From Piromyces finnis finn (taxonomy: Eukaryota; Fungi; Neocallimastigomycota), in contig MCFH01000084.1 in assembly GCA_002104945.1 (NCBI GenBank), positions 95,191 through 159,190 on the forward strand: DNA of 64,000 nucleotides, written 5' to 3'. A model generated the notes under the pieces. That model did no database searches and was not told the origin of the DNA. It worked only from the letters and a program-made list of their open reading frames with translations. Numbering within the stretch: the stretch's first letter is position 1; each line of letters begins with the position of its first letter. A program made the position numbers and the translations under genes. Shown here one piece after another: positions 23,020-36,215 of this stretch.

Positions 23020-23160
23020 ACACTAAATTATTTGATTTTACTTTTCATTAAATATTTAAATTGGTAAAAAATTTGAATCAAGAATGTCGACACCAGAAAG
23101 CTTGTGAATAGTATTTTTACATGATGTAGAGTGATTCAGTCTCTTACAAGAAATAATACA
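23020..23160 (-). mobile_element. Solo fragment of the family A 5' UTR
   Basis: tttacttttcattaaatatttaaattggtaaaaaatttgaatcaagaatgtcgacaccagaaagcttgtg...ctcttacaagaaa matches about 14335-14470. Confidence 0.9.
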
Positions 23161-23718
23161 TTAAAGATAATAGATATAATAATTTCAAAAGATATTTTAT
23201 TTATAATTTCATTTTTAAATACTGGAAACATTCAAAATAATATCATTTATAGAAAAGCAACTACAACAGCATTTACTCATTATACTACTAACCAGATTTT
23301 TAAAAAATAAGACTTATATCATAATTAATACAAAACACATTATTATATATTTTTAATAATTACTATATTTTATTATTTTATTATATATAATATTACCATT
23401 ATAAAATATATATTTTTAATTAATATTATTATTTTATTTTTATTATATTTATTTAAAATATCTTAATAATAGTCTATAATATATAATATATTATATTTTA
23501 TCTTTTTAATAATATTTAACATTACATTACTTTTTTTTTTTTTGTTATTTACATTTTTCATTATTCTTATTAATTTAAACTAATTTAAATGATTTAATTT
23601 TTTATTATTATTTTCTATCATTATATTCATCATTATTAAACTAATTTAAATTTAAGTTAATTTAAGCATTTTTTTAGTTGCTTTATGATCATTTCATTCA
23701 TACATTTATGCGATAAAT

Positions 23719-25158
23719 TTATGCGTCATCAGCCTTGTGGTTACGCTTTTCAATTTCCTTGTTGATTTCATCAATCTTTTCATCAGTTAATGAATAGAAG
23801 GAAATGATAATCATCATAACAATCATTAAAATAGCTGGAATAATAGCAACATTCCAACGAATACATTCCTTAGTAGAATCGGCTTGGTGCTTCATCTTGT
23901 AGAACCAACCAACGGAAGTATTGTGGATATTCATACAACAGAAAGCAGTAACGAAGTAGAAAGCAATAACACGTAATGGTCCGTTACGAATAAATTCAAT
24001 CCATAAATCACTAACCTTAACATTTTCAGTTTCCTTGTCTTCCATAACAACACGTTCCTTAGACTTAACGAAACAGAATACAAGAAGTAAGAAACCAACA
24101 ACAGCGTAAAGAATCATAGCAGAGAACCAAGCCTTTGAATCAGTAGTATAACCACTACCACCATCCTTAGCTTCAAGGTCTGCATCGTAGTGGAAGAAGT
24201 AAAGGAGCCATCCTGGAATAGCACCACCAAGAGCAAAACCGGCCTTGAAGAAAATACCAGTAAGAGCATTGATAATACCGGCAATACGACGACCAGTAGT
24301 ATATTCAGCATAAGAAATAACTTCTGGAACAATAGCCCACATGTAACCAGTAACAGTGGTAAGACCAGTTGACTTGATAAAGTTGGCAACTAACATCCAG
24401 ACGCTCTTATCAGAGTCGGCAAGACCCATTCTACTGAAGATGTATAATAAGGCATAACCGATAATACCAATGACACCAAAGGAATAGAATAATCCCTTCT
24501 TACCAGTGAACTTCTTAATGTATGGAACAAATGGCATGATGACAAAACCTGGAAGAGCACCAATAAAGTTGAATAAAACAACATTCCAATCAATAGCTTG
24601 TTTGGAGAAGAGACCAGCAACAATTGGGAAACCAGTCCAGACAAATAAACCACCAATGTTAGCCATAGTCATACGAATAGAGGTAAGAACTGTAATTTCT
24701 TGAGTATCTCTAGTCATTGAAGCATTTAAGGCACCGTATGGAACGTTAGTAAGAGTGTAACACATTTGTAATAAAGTGTAGGTAATAGCGGCGTAAGTAA
24801 TACTACCCTTGAAAATATCCCAGTAACAAAGAATAGCAAGAACACATAATGGGAAACCAGCTGTTACTAAATAGGAACGGTACTTACCCCAACGTGGGTT
24901 GTGCTTATCAACAAAGGCACCAACAAATGGATCCCAAATAACATCAAGTAAACGAACAATAAGCATAAGTGCACCTGATACAGCTGTTGCCTTCTTTGAA
25001 TCATTACCAATAATATATACATTAGTGTAGTAGAATGCAATGAAACCACTAACATTTTGGTAAATAAAGTTTTGTGCCATATCACCAGCACCATAACCAA
25101 TTCTGGTTAACCATGAAAGCTTGAAAAAGCCATTGGCTTCGTCCTTTACTGTACTCAT
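23719..25158 (-). CDS. GPH-family MFS symporter, copy 2
   Basis: 479 aa; differs from copy 1 at 3 residues (V67I, N331K, N340D). Confidence 0.93.
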   Translation of the reverse strand: MSTVKDEANGFFKLSWLTRIGYGAGDMAQNFIYQNVSGFIAFYYTNVYIIGNDSKKATAVSGALMLIVRLLDVIWDPFVGAFVDKHNPRWGKYRSYLVTAGFPLCVLAILCYWDIFKGSITYAAITYTLLQMCYTLTNVPYGALNASMTRDTQEITVLTSIRMTMANIGGLFVWTGFPIVAGLFSKQAIDWNVVLFNFIGALPGFVIMPFVPYIKKFTGKKGLFYSFGVIGIIGYALLYIFSRMGLADSDKSVWMLVANFIKSTGLTTVTGYMWAIVPEVISYAEYTTGRRIAGIINALTGIFFKAGFALGGAIPGWLLYFFHYDADLEAKDGGSGYTTDSKAWFSAMILYAVVGFLLLVFCFVKSKERVVMEDKETENVKVSDLWIEFIRNGPLRVIAFYFVTAFCCMNIHNTSVGWFYKMKHQADSTKECIRWNVAIIPAILMIVMMIIISFYSLTDEKIDEINKEIEKRNHKADDA

Positions 25159-26269
25159 TTTTTTTTCTTAAATTAACTTAAATGTAAAACTATTAGTTTA
25201 AAATTTAACTTTTTTTTAATTATTTTATATACTACTTAAATTATTTTATTTTTTTAAATATTAAGTAATTATATTACTTATTATTTATGTTTTTTAAAAT
25301 TCAGTCTTCTTTTTTCGCTTTTATACATTTCAACTGTTGTATAATTTTATTTAATAATTTTATTAAAAAACAATAACAAAAAATAATATTTAATTTTTAT
25401 TATAAATTTAAATTAAATATATATTGTATTTATATTAATAATTAATTTATATAATGTAATTATAATAATATTTAATTTATATTGTATTACATAGGAATAG
25501 TAAACTTACATTGTACTACATATTAAAATTTACACATTAATATAATAAATTAAGATATTTTTAATATAGAAATTTTTAAAATAAAAAAGTAATAATGTGG
25601 AGTTTAATATTATAATACCAAAAAACAAAAGTACAAAAGTTAAATTTAAGGAACATATTAAAATATTCTAAATATATAATGTATACAATGTCTATATTTA
25701 TAGAAAAAGTTTATTGTATTAAAAGTATTAATTAATATTTTGTAGATGGTAGATGGAAATGATTTTTTGATAGATTGCACAAAAAATGTAATATAAAATA
25801 ATATATAAATAAAAATATAGAATATATAAAACAATAATTAGATTTAATCTAAAATTCTATTTATCATTTATTATTATCTTTTTAATATTATCATAAATAA
25901 AAGATAAATAGAATATTAATTAGTAAAGTGTATAATGTACATAAAATTAATATGCCTTCGTTTATAATTTGTTAATAATGATATGCATTTATGCCTATTT
26001 AAATTTGAACTATTTTTATATTTTTTCTATGACATGAATGATGAAATGATAAAATGATGCATGACATATCATTTCATAAATACTTGAATCATAGGGGTTA
26101 AGTATAATTAAACTTTATCACATTATTTATAAAATAAAATATAATTATAACAATATCAAATTAAGTTATATTTATATAAGATTCTAATACTTTTACCTTT
26201 TTTATATTATTTTTTAATTTATTATATATTACTACTAACAAAGATATTATAATGCAAATGATGGTTATC

Positions 26270-26601
26270 AAAGCGGTTAAATTAGATATTTGTAATTATT
26301 TTAATATTGTTAATTAAAGAAATTGTTTTATTTTTACAATAAATAATTTTTAAATAATAATTAGATTGAAATAGGCAAAATAATAAAAAAAAATGAACTA
26401 TTTTAATATTGAATAGAAATTTTATTATTAGATTTAAAGCGGTTAAATTAGATATTTGTAATTATTTTAATATTGTTAATTAAAGAAATTGTTTTATTTT
26501 TACAATAAATAATTTTTAAATAATAATTAGATTGAAATAGGCAAAATAATAAAAAAAAATGAACTATTTTAATATTGAATAGAAATTTTATTATTAGATT
26601 T
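26270..26601. repeat. Tandem duplication, 2 x 166 bp
   Basis: aagcggttaaattagatatttgtaa at 26271 and 26437, near-identical throughout. Confidence 0.9.
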
Positions 26602-27129
26602 TAAGATTTTTATTAATTAAATTTCAAACATTGATTATATGATTATATTTAATTATATATTAAAATATTTAATAATTATTATAATTAAATATGTATAATT
26701 GAAATGTTCAAAAAAGTTAAAAAAAAGTTTCTTGAAAGTAATTGAAAAATATTATTAACTAAATATCTTTCTTAGCTTTATACTCATGAGAAAAATGCAA
26801 AATATGGAAAAGCCAGTATTGTCTTTAAAATCATTTATATAAATGAATGGGATAACCTTGATATATTATAAATCGCTACTATTTTAAACTCAAAATTGCA
26901 GTATATAACTTAGATTAAAATTGATGGGTTTATTCATAATTATTTCACATATATTAATACTGAAAGGCATTTTATTTAAATTATCAGTAATCATCACATA
27001 AATGTTTATTCCCTATTCGATTTTTTTTTTAAAGGTGTAAGGTTAAAAAAAAAAAAGCAAACATAAGTAACTTTTTCTTTGAAAAAGTTTATCTGATAGA
27101 TATAAATAGATTACTGTGTTCTTCTATAT

Positions 27130-27354
27130 TTATTGAAAATAGTTATAAAACATTTGATTAATGTTCTTTCTTAAGTTCTTGATTGCGAAAGGTAGCTTTA
27201 AAAATTCAATTGGGATACTGTCAGGACTGGAAGCTTTATTACTCTTTATAAAAAGAAATGTATCTCTACTCTTTTCAATAACTTTTTTAAATAAATAATT
27301 AATTAATGAATATGTCATTTTTTTAGATTTGTAAAATATTTGTTCTGTTTTCAA
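27130..27354 (-). pseudogene. Decayed LINE RT fragment
   Basis: Translation NKASSPDSIPIEFLK resembles NYKASGPDGIPIEFYK of family A. Confidence 0.6.
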
Positions 27355-27551
27355 TCTGTATTACATTTTAAGTGAAATTGGCTACTAACATTTCAGTTAT
27401 ATTTTTTATTCAATTGTTATTCTATTTTTGATAAAATAATTTTTGGTGAAATAGTATTTTATACTATTTTATTGTAACATATTTTAGCGTGTATTTTTAT
27501 ATATCATATTGATATATTATTTAATAATTCTATAGGTATGTTTTTTATTTA

Positions 27552-27897
27552 AAGAATTTTCTTAGTACATTCAACAGTACTTTTATTATTTAATTTCTTT
27601 AATGGAGCAACTGTGTTTTGCTTTTTTGACTACCATTATTATGTATCTTAAGAACTTTCTTAGTACATTCAACAGTACTTTTATTATTTAATTTCTTTAA
27701 TGGAGCAACTGTGTTTTGCTTTTTTGACTACCATTATTATGTATCTTAAGAACTTTCTTAGTACATTCAACAGTACTTTTATTATTTTATTTCTTTCATG
27801 GAGCAACTGTGTTTTGCTTTTTTGACTACCATTATTATGTATCTTAAGAACTTTCTTAGTACATTCAACAGTACTTTTATTATTTTATTTCTTCCAT
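27552..27897. repeat. Minisatellite, 98-bp unit x about 3.5
   Basis: cttagtacattcaacagtac at 27561, 27659, 27757 and 27855. Confidence 0.92.
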
Positions 27898-27914
27898 GCT
27901 TTTCTGGCTACTGC

Positions 27915-27945
<31 letters not shown>

Positions 27946-28384
27946 CTTAATGTTTATTCATATTTATTAAATATTCGTTTCGCTATTATACCAATAAATA
28001 AGGATAAATTTAATTATTTATTTTTTTTATTATATTACATTATATGATTTATATAATTAAAATAAAATATTTATTTCTGTTAGTCAAATCAAAAGGTATG
28101 ATTTAAAATCATTTAATGTTAGTTTTTTGTTGTGCTATGCTATAGATTTTATATATATAAATTTTGGTAATATATAATTAAATTTATTAATAAAAAATAA
28201 AATATATAAAAATTAAAATGAAATATAAATTAATAAAAGAAAACTACATAGTGAGTAAAGAGGACGAATGAGCCTCTAATTCTTTCCATTCCTTGATGAT
28301 AATTCTTGTATATTATAATTATCATTTAATTCTATATCAGAATTTATGAATGCAATTGATTAAGGTAAGAAATAATACAATTAT

Positions 28385-28600
28385 AGTTTTTCCATTTGTT
28401 GTAATACCTAATCTGAGCTAATAAGCATTTTACCAATAACGGAGAACTATTCAAATCTTTTTGAAATGGAATATAAAAATGGAAATGATACATCTTTGAA
28501 AATTTTTTTATTTTAACAGCATTTAAAATTATAATACATATTATAAAAAAAAAAAATTAAAAAATAAAAAATAAAAAAAAAATATACGTTTAAATAAAAC
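28385..28600 (-). mobile_element. Old LINE relics related to family A (post-RT coding piece and 3' UTR piece)
   Basis: tttttccatttgttgtaatacctaatctgagctaat...ttcaaatctttttgaaat resembles about 1825-1920; ttttaacagcat...aaattataatacat...tttaaataaa resembles the family 3' UTR. Confidence 0.6.
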
Positions 28601-29278
28601 TTTGAGAACTATCGTTAACTCAATAACTATTTAAACTATAATAATTATTCAAACTTTAATGAATTATCATACAATATTTATAAATATTATTCCTTCCAAT
28701 ATAATTTATAATATTAATAAGATCATTAAATCATATTACTACTTAAATAATAATAAAAAAAAGAAAATCTAAACTTTTAATACATTTTTTAAATATTTTT
28801 TTCAAACACGATATTTAAAACATCAACATCCTTAAAAAATTTTATTTTTTAATTTTTAATTTTTATTTATTTTATTTATTTTATTTATTTATATTATTTT
28901 GTTTATTTTATTTTACTTATTTTATTTACTTACTTGCTTATTATTTATTTATAGTTTTATTTATTCCTTTACTTATTTATTTATTTGTTTATTTACTTAT
29001 TTTTTTTTAAAAAAAAAAAAAAGAAATACAGCATCTTTACATTTTTCTGATGATTAATTAATAAACAAGACTATTCCAAATACTTTTCATATATAAACTT
29101 AATTTATACCAATTAAGTAGTGTTTTTGGTTAATCTTTAAAATGCTGTAAATTATATATATATATATATATTATATTCCTTTCAAACTAATGCCCACACA
29201 TTTGTTATGAACATTGTTTTTAACAGAATTTTTTTTAAATTATAATAACTTGTATTTTAAATTTTATACATCAAAAAT

Positions 29279-30763
29279 CTATACATATAATGGAGAAAGA
29301 GTTTTAACAACCTTGCAGTATTCTTCGTAAGCCTTGTCATAGACAGCAACATTTTCGGCAATTGGGTTAGCGCTCTTTGATTCATCAAGCTTAATGTGTT
29401 CAGTGCAAAGCTTGACAATATCACATTCTCCCTTTTGGCTGTTAAGACACCATAAAGCTTGAACAGCACCACCAAGAGCAGCAGCTTCATCTAAAAGTGG
29501 AACTCTAATTGGAAGGTTCATGATATCAGCAGCAATTTGTCTCCAAAGTGGGGATTTAGAACCACCACCAATAAGACGAATTTCTTTTGGCTTGAAACCT
29601 AACTTACGGAAAGCATCTAATCCACCACGCATAGCGAATACAGCGGATTCGAAACTAGCACGAGTAATGTTAGCACGGTTGGTGTTAGCAGAGGTAAGAC
29701 CAGTAATGCTAGCACGACCATTTGGTAAGTTTGGAGTTCTTTCACCATTGAAGAATGGAATAACTAAAACACCTTCACTACCGCATGGAGATTTGGCAGC
29801 TTCTTCATTAAGTTGTTTAATATCCATTTGGAAAAGATCACGAACAAATTCAGTAGCAACAGTACAGTTCATGGTACAAAGTAATGGAAGCCAACCACCA
29901 GTAGAGGAACAGAAACCACTTAAACCGTTAGCTGGGTCAGCAATTGGCTTGTCACTGTAACCGTAAAGAGTACCAGAAGTACCCATAGACATAGTAAGGA
30001 AACCATCAGCAACAGTACCAGTACCGACGGCACCCATCATATTATCACCACCACCAGCAGAAACTGGAATATCGGCTGGAATACCATAAGCCTTAGCAGC
30101 TTCAGCATTAACCTTACCAGCTGGAGCACTTGGTTCAATTAACTTTGGAAGTAAACCTAAAAGCTTTGGATCAATAATATCACAAATCTTCTTTGACCAG
30201 CAACGGTTCTTAGAATCAAAGAGAGCAGTACCAGAGGCATCACCATATTCCATAACGTAATCACCAGTAAGTTTCCAGTTTAAGTAATCGTGTGGAAGCA
30301 TGATGTATTTTAAAGCATCAAAAGCTTCTGGCTTGTTACGCTTGAGCCAAAGGATCTTTGGAGCAGTAAAACCAGTAAGCATAAGGTTTCCAAGAGCATC
30401 AACAACTTCGTTTTCACCACCAGCAGCTTCAGTGATGATCTTACATTCTTCAACTGTTGAAGTATCACACCAAAGCTTGATGTTGTATAAGGCCTTACCA
30501 TCAGCACCAAGTGGAACAAAACCGTGTTGTTGTCCGGAAATACCAATAGCTTCAACAGTCTTTTTGTTTTCAGCACTGAGTTTACCGAAACAAACTTCTA
30601 AACCCTTATCAAACCATTCAGTAGTTTGTTCACGAGTACCATCACTTTCGGAAATTAATTCCATTGGGCAACTGGCAGTTTCAATAATTTCCTTCTTTTC
30701 ATAGTCGTATATAACGACTTTCATACTTTGTGTTCCAAGATCAATTCCAGCAACAGTTCTCAT
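29279..30763 (-). CDS. xylB: Xylulokinase (FGGY family), 494 aa, intronless
   Basis: Starts MRTVAGIDLGTQSMK at the ATG 30763; FGGY motifs SGQQHG, LWCD, TAPKILW, DASGT, GGGDN, SMGTSG, FFNGERTP, GGGSKS. Confidence 0.95.
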   Translation of the reverse strand: MRTVAGIDLGTQSMKVVIYDYEKKEIIETASCPMELISESDGTREQTTEWFDKGLEVCFGKLSAENKKTVEAIGISGQQHGFVPLGADGKALYNIKLWCDTSTVEECKIITEAAGGENEVVDALGNLMLTGFTAPKILWLKRNKPEAFDALKYIMLPHDYLNWKLTGDYVMEYGDASGTALFDSKNRCWSKKICDIIDPKLLGLLPKLIEPSAPAGKVNAEAAKAYGIPADIPVSAGGGDNMMGAVGTGTVADGFLTMSMGTSGTLYGYSDKPIADPANGLSGFCSSTGGWLPLLCTMNCTVATEFVRDLFQMDIKQLNEEAAKSPCGSEGVLVIPFFNGERTPNLPNGRASITGLTSANTNRANITRASFESAVFAMRGGLDAFRKLGFKPKEIRLIGGGSKSPLWRQIAADIMNLPIRVPLLDEAAALGGAVQALWCLNSQKGECDIVKLCTEHIKLDESKSANPIAENVAVYDKAYEEYCKVVKTLSPLYV

Positions 30764-33700
30764 TTTATTTACCTTTTTACTTTTCTTTTTAAATAAATTT
30801 AAAATTTTTTTGTGAAAAGAGCGTTTGAACGACAACTTGGAAAATATTTAGATATTAAAAAACTTTCTATAATTTATTTTAATTATTTTAATAATAATAA
30901 AAATTATATTATTATTAACTTTGGTGACTTTAAATTCCAAAAAAAAAAAAAAATAAATAAATATTTAAAAAAATTTTATAAAAAGAGAAACAATTAAGTT
31001 TATATAATTTATTTAGTAATTTATCTATTTTATTATTTATTTATTTATTTACTTTATAATAATGTACTATTGTGGCTTATATTTTATTAAATGAAAAAAA
31101 AACAAAATTATAAATAAAAATAAATAATGTAAACTAATTTACTACAAATGATTAAGCCACAAAAATTAAAAATGAAGATCAATAAATTTTCATTTATATA
31201 TTTCATAAAATTTTGTTATATTAGTGTTTACTTCCATATCTGGAATTGTTATACGAAGTAAAATATAATTATTAAAGTTATTTATTAAAATCTGATTTAA
31301 TTTATTAATTAAATAGAACTATATGCTTTTTAATGATATAATCCAACCAATAAATCGTTAATACTTCATTTAAATATGGATAGAAGATAGAAGGAAGCTA
31401 TTATTTATTTAATATCAATAAATTCTCTAATAAGCATAAAAAGAAAAATGATAATGATTTAGTTATTCTAATTATCCTAATAAATAAAGCGAACATTAAT
31501 ATCAATAAGATAATATAAAATAAATAATAAAATAGATAAGAAGAAATAACAAAAAAATATTCTTCATAACCTAATTCATTTGGTAATAAAATGAATATTA
31601 TCCAATAAGAATTTCATATATCCAAATTTTAAGTTTATTAAATATAAATACCATCTATTAAAATTTATTAAATGTTAATTTAATAAATTTTAATAGATGG
31701 TATTTATTATCAATATAATATAATATGTTGCTTTAATATATTAAAAATAATAATTATAGTTATGAAATTTTGTTTATTATTTATTAATTTTTAACTTCTT
31801 TTTAAATATGGTCTATTATTATTAAAAAGTAAATATTTTAAATTATTTATTAAATTTATTAAATTTTATTTATCAATTTATTTATTCACTTATCCATTTA
31901 TTTATCATTTATTTAATTATTATTCATTTATTTATGTTTATTTATTTATTTTATTATTTAACTTACTCTTTATTTTTAATAATATTTTGTATTCTTTTAA
32001 ACATTTTTATTAAAAATAAATTATGTTTTGCGATTTTCCATTTACTTATTATTTTATAAACATAAATAATAAATATATAAAATTTTAATCTTAACAAAAA
32101 AAGAAAGATTAAACAATATAAAATATAACTTTAATTTTTTAATCTTTATAATAATCGATCATTAAATTAATTTTTAATATATATTCAATTCTTCGGATTT
32201 TGTTGTGTTATTTTTAATTATTAGTAATGCGTATTTTAATTAAAATTTTAATTAACATTTTTAATTAAAATCCTTTTAATAATGAGTAATTTTTAATAAA
32301 TCAAAACAGCGGTAAGGATAAAATAAATAAAAGTAAAAGAACATTGTAGAAATCAATATAAAAGACTTTAAAGGATAATAAACTATAATTTCTATTGGAC
32401 ATTAATTTATGTAATATACACAATAGTATATTTGTCCACGTGATTGTGGATTGTCTTTACATTTTTATCTAGGGTATTAATAGTTTTTAAGTTGTAACAT
32501 TCATATCTATTAAATTTTAAGGCATTTTCTATGGCCTTTCAAGAATGAAAAAAAAATAGTAATATAAGTTTTTAAAATTTTTCCTATTATTCACCTTCAC
32601 AATTAACATTTAAACCATTTATAAAAAATAAAAATTCAAGATAAATTAGATGTGTCACTTCATAATAAATATTCCAAATATAGTAATAATTTAAAAATTA
32701 ATAACAATGATTTAATTATAAATATTTAATATATCCTTTTATATTTATTATACATTTAGTTATATTAAATTTATAATATTAAAAATTGACATTGTACTAC
32801 TAAAAAATTATGTAGTTTAAATTACGAATAATAATAATGATGGATGATTTAGGATAAAATTCCATATTCTCTCAAATAATAAATTTTTAAATATAGCAAT
32901 TGTTCATGATAGAAAGGTAATATAAATAAAAATATTTTTATATATAGGAAGTCAATACTATCTATCTTGAACAATTTTTTATATATATAAAATGAATATT
33001 ATTTATCTATAACAAAATTTTTATATATAATCTTTATATTAAATTTTAAAATTCATATTTTAAAAATTCAACTCTTTTGTTTAACATATAAAAAGTAGAT
33101 TTAAATGGTTTAGTATATTGTTTTATATAGCAAATTTAATAATTATTATTATAGTTTAAAATTTATTTTTCATTATATTTTTAATTTTAGTATAGAAATA
33201 TATATTATTAAAATAGGAATATCCTTTTTTTTTTCCTTTTTTTTCTATCAACCCAAATTTTATTATGTTACCCAAGAATTATTATTTACTATTATTATTT
33301 TAATGTTACTCAAATTTTAATAATGAATCATTACAATTCAAATTAGATCGTGATGATAGATGATACTATCTTTCATTTATCCATAGATTGAATAAAAATT
33401 ATAAAGTGTTCAAAGTACATTACCATCGATGTTAATTTAACAACAAATATAATAATATATTTGTATATGAAATTAAATAATTATCACTTTAGGTGATTCA
33501 AATTTCATTTACTCTCACATTTTCTTTGAGTACTTTTCTTAGAGGTTAATAAATGCAATTGTAAAATAATATATATTGTTTAATGATTATGACTTGCTTT
33601 CTTTTTAAATGAAATATAAAATATATCTATTTTTATGTATAAATAAATGGTATTTATAATTAATATATAATAGTTTAAAAACTTCTTATTCATAAAATTA

Positions 33701-34901
33701 ATAATTTTATCCGACCTTATAATTAAATAGTTGATAATAAAGCGTTGATTTTTTATTAATTTTCACTCATTTTTTGCAATGTCTATTTATTAATGGGATT
33801 GAGGAAAAACTCTAATTTTAATAATATTAAAAATTAATATATATTATATTGTAAAAACTAATTATTTTAATTGATACAATATATTTATTAATATATAAAA
33901 ATTATAAACTATTTAATATATTACTTATTTAGTTAAATTAACAAAAGCCTTCTTATATTTGATAAAGTTAATGCATACAAAAATTTCATTAAATTAAAAT
34001 ATTTAATATAATTCAATTAATGATTTAAATGTATTTATATATAATATACATGAGTAAATATATTTAATATATTACGAATAATATTTTTATATATAACAAA
34101 ATAATAATATTATAATTATTAAAATAAATATATTAAATACATACCTTTTTTAATGTTTAAATATGGTCTTTTTAAAAAATAATTATTTATTTATACTAAA
34201 GTATAGATGTATAAAAAAGAAATAGTTATATTACAGCATTTAAATAAAATATATAATTATTTTTATTATTATAAAAATAAAATTATTAAAAAGTTTAATA
34301 ACTATTTAATCGATAAATTTTACTTTATAAACAATAATATATAAAAAGTTATGCCAATATATTTAATTATATTTTTTTGATTTGTAACTTCTTCCTAACT
34401 AACTTAAAAGTTCACTTTTTTTTTAATTAATCTTCTCGAGAATTATTAAAACTTAAATTAATATATTTTACTATATAATAATTCATTTATTATATTATAT
34501 TTTTTTATTTTATAAAACTAATTAATAAAATTAATTTATTTCATTAGATGGTAAAAACATACATACAGATATAATAAAATGGTTATAATATATTAATATG
34601 ATTTAATATATGATTGCAATATATAAATTCAAATGCAAATATTTTAATATCTATATTATTAAATTATTAATCAAATATAATTAATTAAAATTATTATATG
34701 TATACATTATGGTTTTTCATACATTTGTATTTATTTACAAGTGGAAAATTTTACCATCAATTTTTTGGTAATTATTTTTAATAATAATTAGAGTTTAAAA
34801 TCATATAAAATTTATGGGATTCAAAAAAATATAAATAGACCAATAATTTCTTTTTTTTTTTTTCATCATTATACTTATTTATCAATAAAATATAATATAA
34901 A

Positions 34902-36215
34902 ATGGCTAAGGAATACTTCTCCGGAATTGAAAAGATTAAGTTCGAAGGTAAGGATTCTAAGAATCCAATGGCTTACCACTACTATGATGCCGAAAAGGAA
35001 ATCATGGGTAAGAAAATGAAGGATTGGTTACGTTTCGCTATGGCCTGGTGGCACACTCTTTGTGCCGATGGTGGTGACCAATTCGGTACTGGTACTAAGA
35101 CTTTCCCATGGAACGAAGGTAAGGATGCCATTGAAATTGCCAAGCAAAAGGTTGATGCTGGTTTCGAAATCATGCAAAAGCTTGGTATTCCATACTACTG
35201 TTTCCACGATGTTGATCTTGTTTCTGAAGGTAACTCTATTGAAGAATACGAAGCCAACCTTAAGGCTGTTGTTGCCTACCTTAAGGAAAAGCAAAATGCC
35301 ACCGGTATTAAGCTTCTCTGGAGTACTGCCAATGTTTTCGGTAACAAGCGTTACATGAACGGTGCCTCCACCAACCCAGATTTCGATGTTGTTGCTCGTG
35401 CTATTGTTCAAATTAAGAACGCCATCGATGCTGGTATTGAACTTGGTGCTGAAAACTACGTCTTCTGGGGTGGTCGTGAAGGTTACATGAGTCTTCTTAA
35501 CACTGACCAAAAGCGTGAAAAGGAACACATGGCCACTATGCTCACCATGGCTCGTGATTACGCTCGTTCTAAGGGTTTCAAGGGTACTTTCCTTATTGAA
35601 CCAAAGCCAATGGAACCAACCAAGCACCAATACGATGTTGACACTGAAACCGTTATTGGTTTCCTTAAGACCCACAACTTAGACAAGGACTTCAAGGTCA
35701 ACATTGAAGTTAACCACGCTACTCTTGCTGGTCACACTTTCGAACACGAACTCGCTGTTGCTGTCGACAACGGTATGCTCGGTTCTATTGATGCTAACCG
35801 TGGTGACTACCAAAACGGTTGGGATACTGATCAATTCCCAATTGACCAATACGAACTCGTCCAAGCTTGGATGGAAATCATCCGTAACGGTGGTCTCGGT
35901 ACTGGTGGTACTAACTTCGATGCTAAGACTCGTCGTAACTCCACTGATCTTGAAGATATCTTCATTGCCCACATTGCTGGTATGGATGCTATGGCCCGTG
36001 CTCTTGAAAACGCTGCCAAGCTTCTTGAAGAATCTCCAATTAAGAAGATGAAGGCTGAACGTTACGCCTCCTTCGACAGTGGTATGGGTAAGGACTTCGA
36101 AGATGGTAAGCTTACTCTTGAACAAGTTTACGAATACGGTAAGAAGAACGGTGAACCAAAGCAAACCTCTGGTAAGCAAGAACTTTACGAAGCCATTGTT
36201 GCTATGTACCAATAA
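34902..36215 (+). CDS. xylA: Xylose isomerase (class II), 437 aa, intronless
   Basis: Motifs [47 protein letters not shown]; closely resembles Piromyces and Bacteroidetes XylA. Confidence 0.99.
   Translation: MAKEYFSGIEKIKFEGKDSKNPMAYHYYDAEKEIMGKKMKDWLRFAMAWWHTLCADGGDQFGTGTKTFPWNEGKDAIEIAKQKVDAGFEIMQKLGIPYYCFHDVDLVSEGNSIEEYEANLKAVVAYLKEKQNATGIKLLWSTANVFGNKRYMNGASTNPDFDVVARAIVQIKNAIDAGIELGAENYVFWGGREGYMSLLNTDQKREKEHMATMLTMARDYARSKGFKGTFLIEPKPMEPTKHQYDVDTETVIGFLKTHNLDKDFKVNIEVNHATLAGHTFEHELAVAVDNGMLGSIDANRGDYQNGWDTDQFPIDQYELVQAWMEIIRNGGLGTGGTNFDAKTRRNSTDLEDIFIAHIAGMDAMARALENAAKLLEESPIKKMKAERYASFDSGMGKDFEDGKLTLEQVYEYGKKNGEPKQTSGKQELYEAIVAMYQ

Noticed and set aside
15150-23700. LINE-mediated unequal crossover as the cause of the transporter duplication
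   Set aside because: LINE 5' sequence lies about 600 bp downstream of both copies, but the intervening sequences are not homologous.
29279-30835. 518-aa N-terminally extended xylulokinase
   Set aside because: The extension begins at a TTG and crosses A/T-rich upstream sequence. The ATG at 30763 gives the standard FGGY N-terminus.
34982-36212. Long antisense or alternate-frame ORFs over xylA, xylB, GH43 and the transporters
   Set aside because: Expected by-product of strong codon bias in highly expressed genes; no recognisable motifs.
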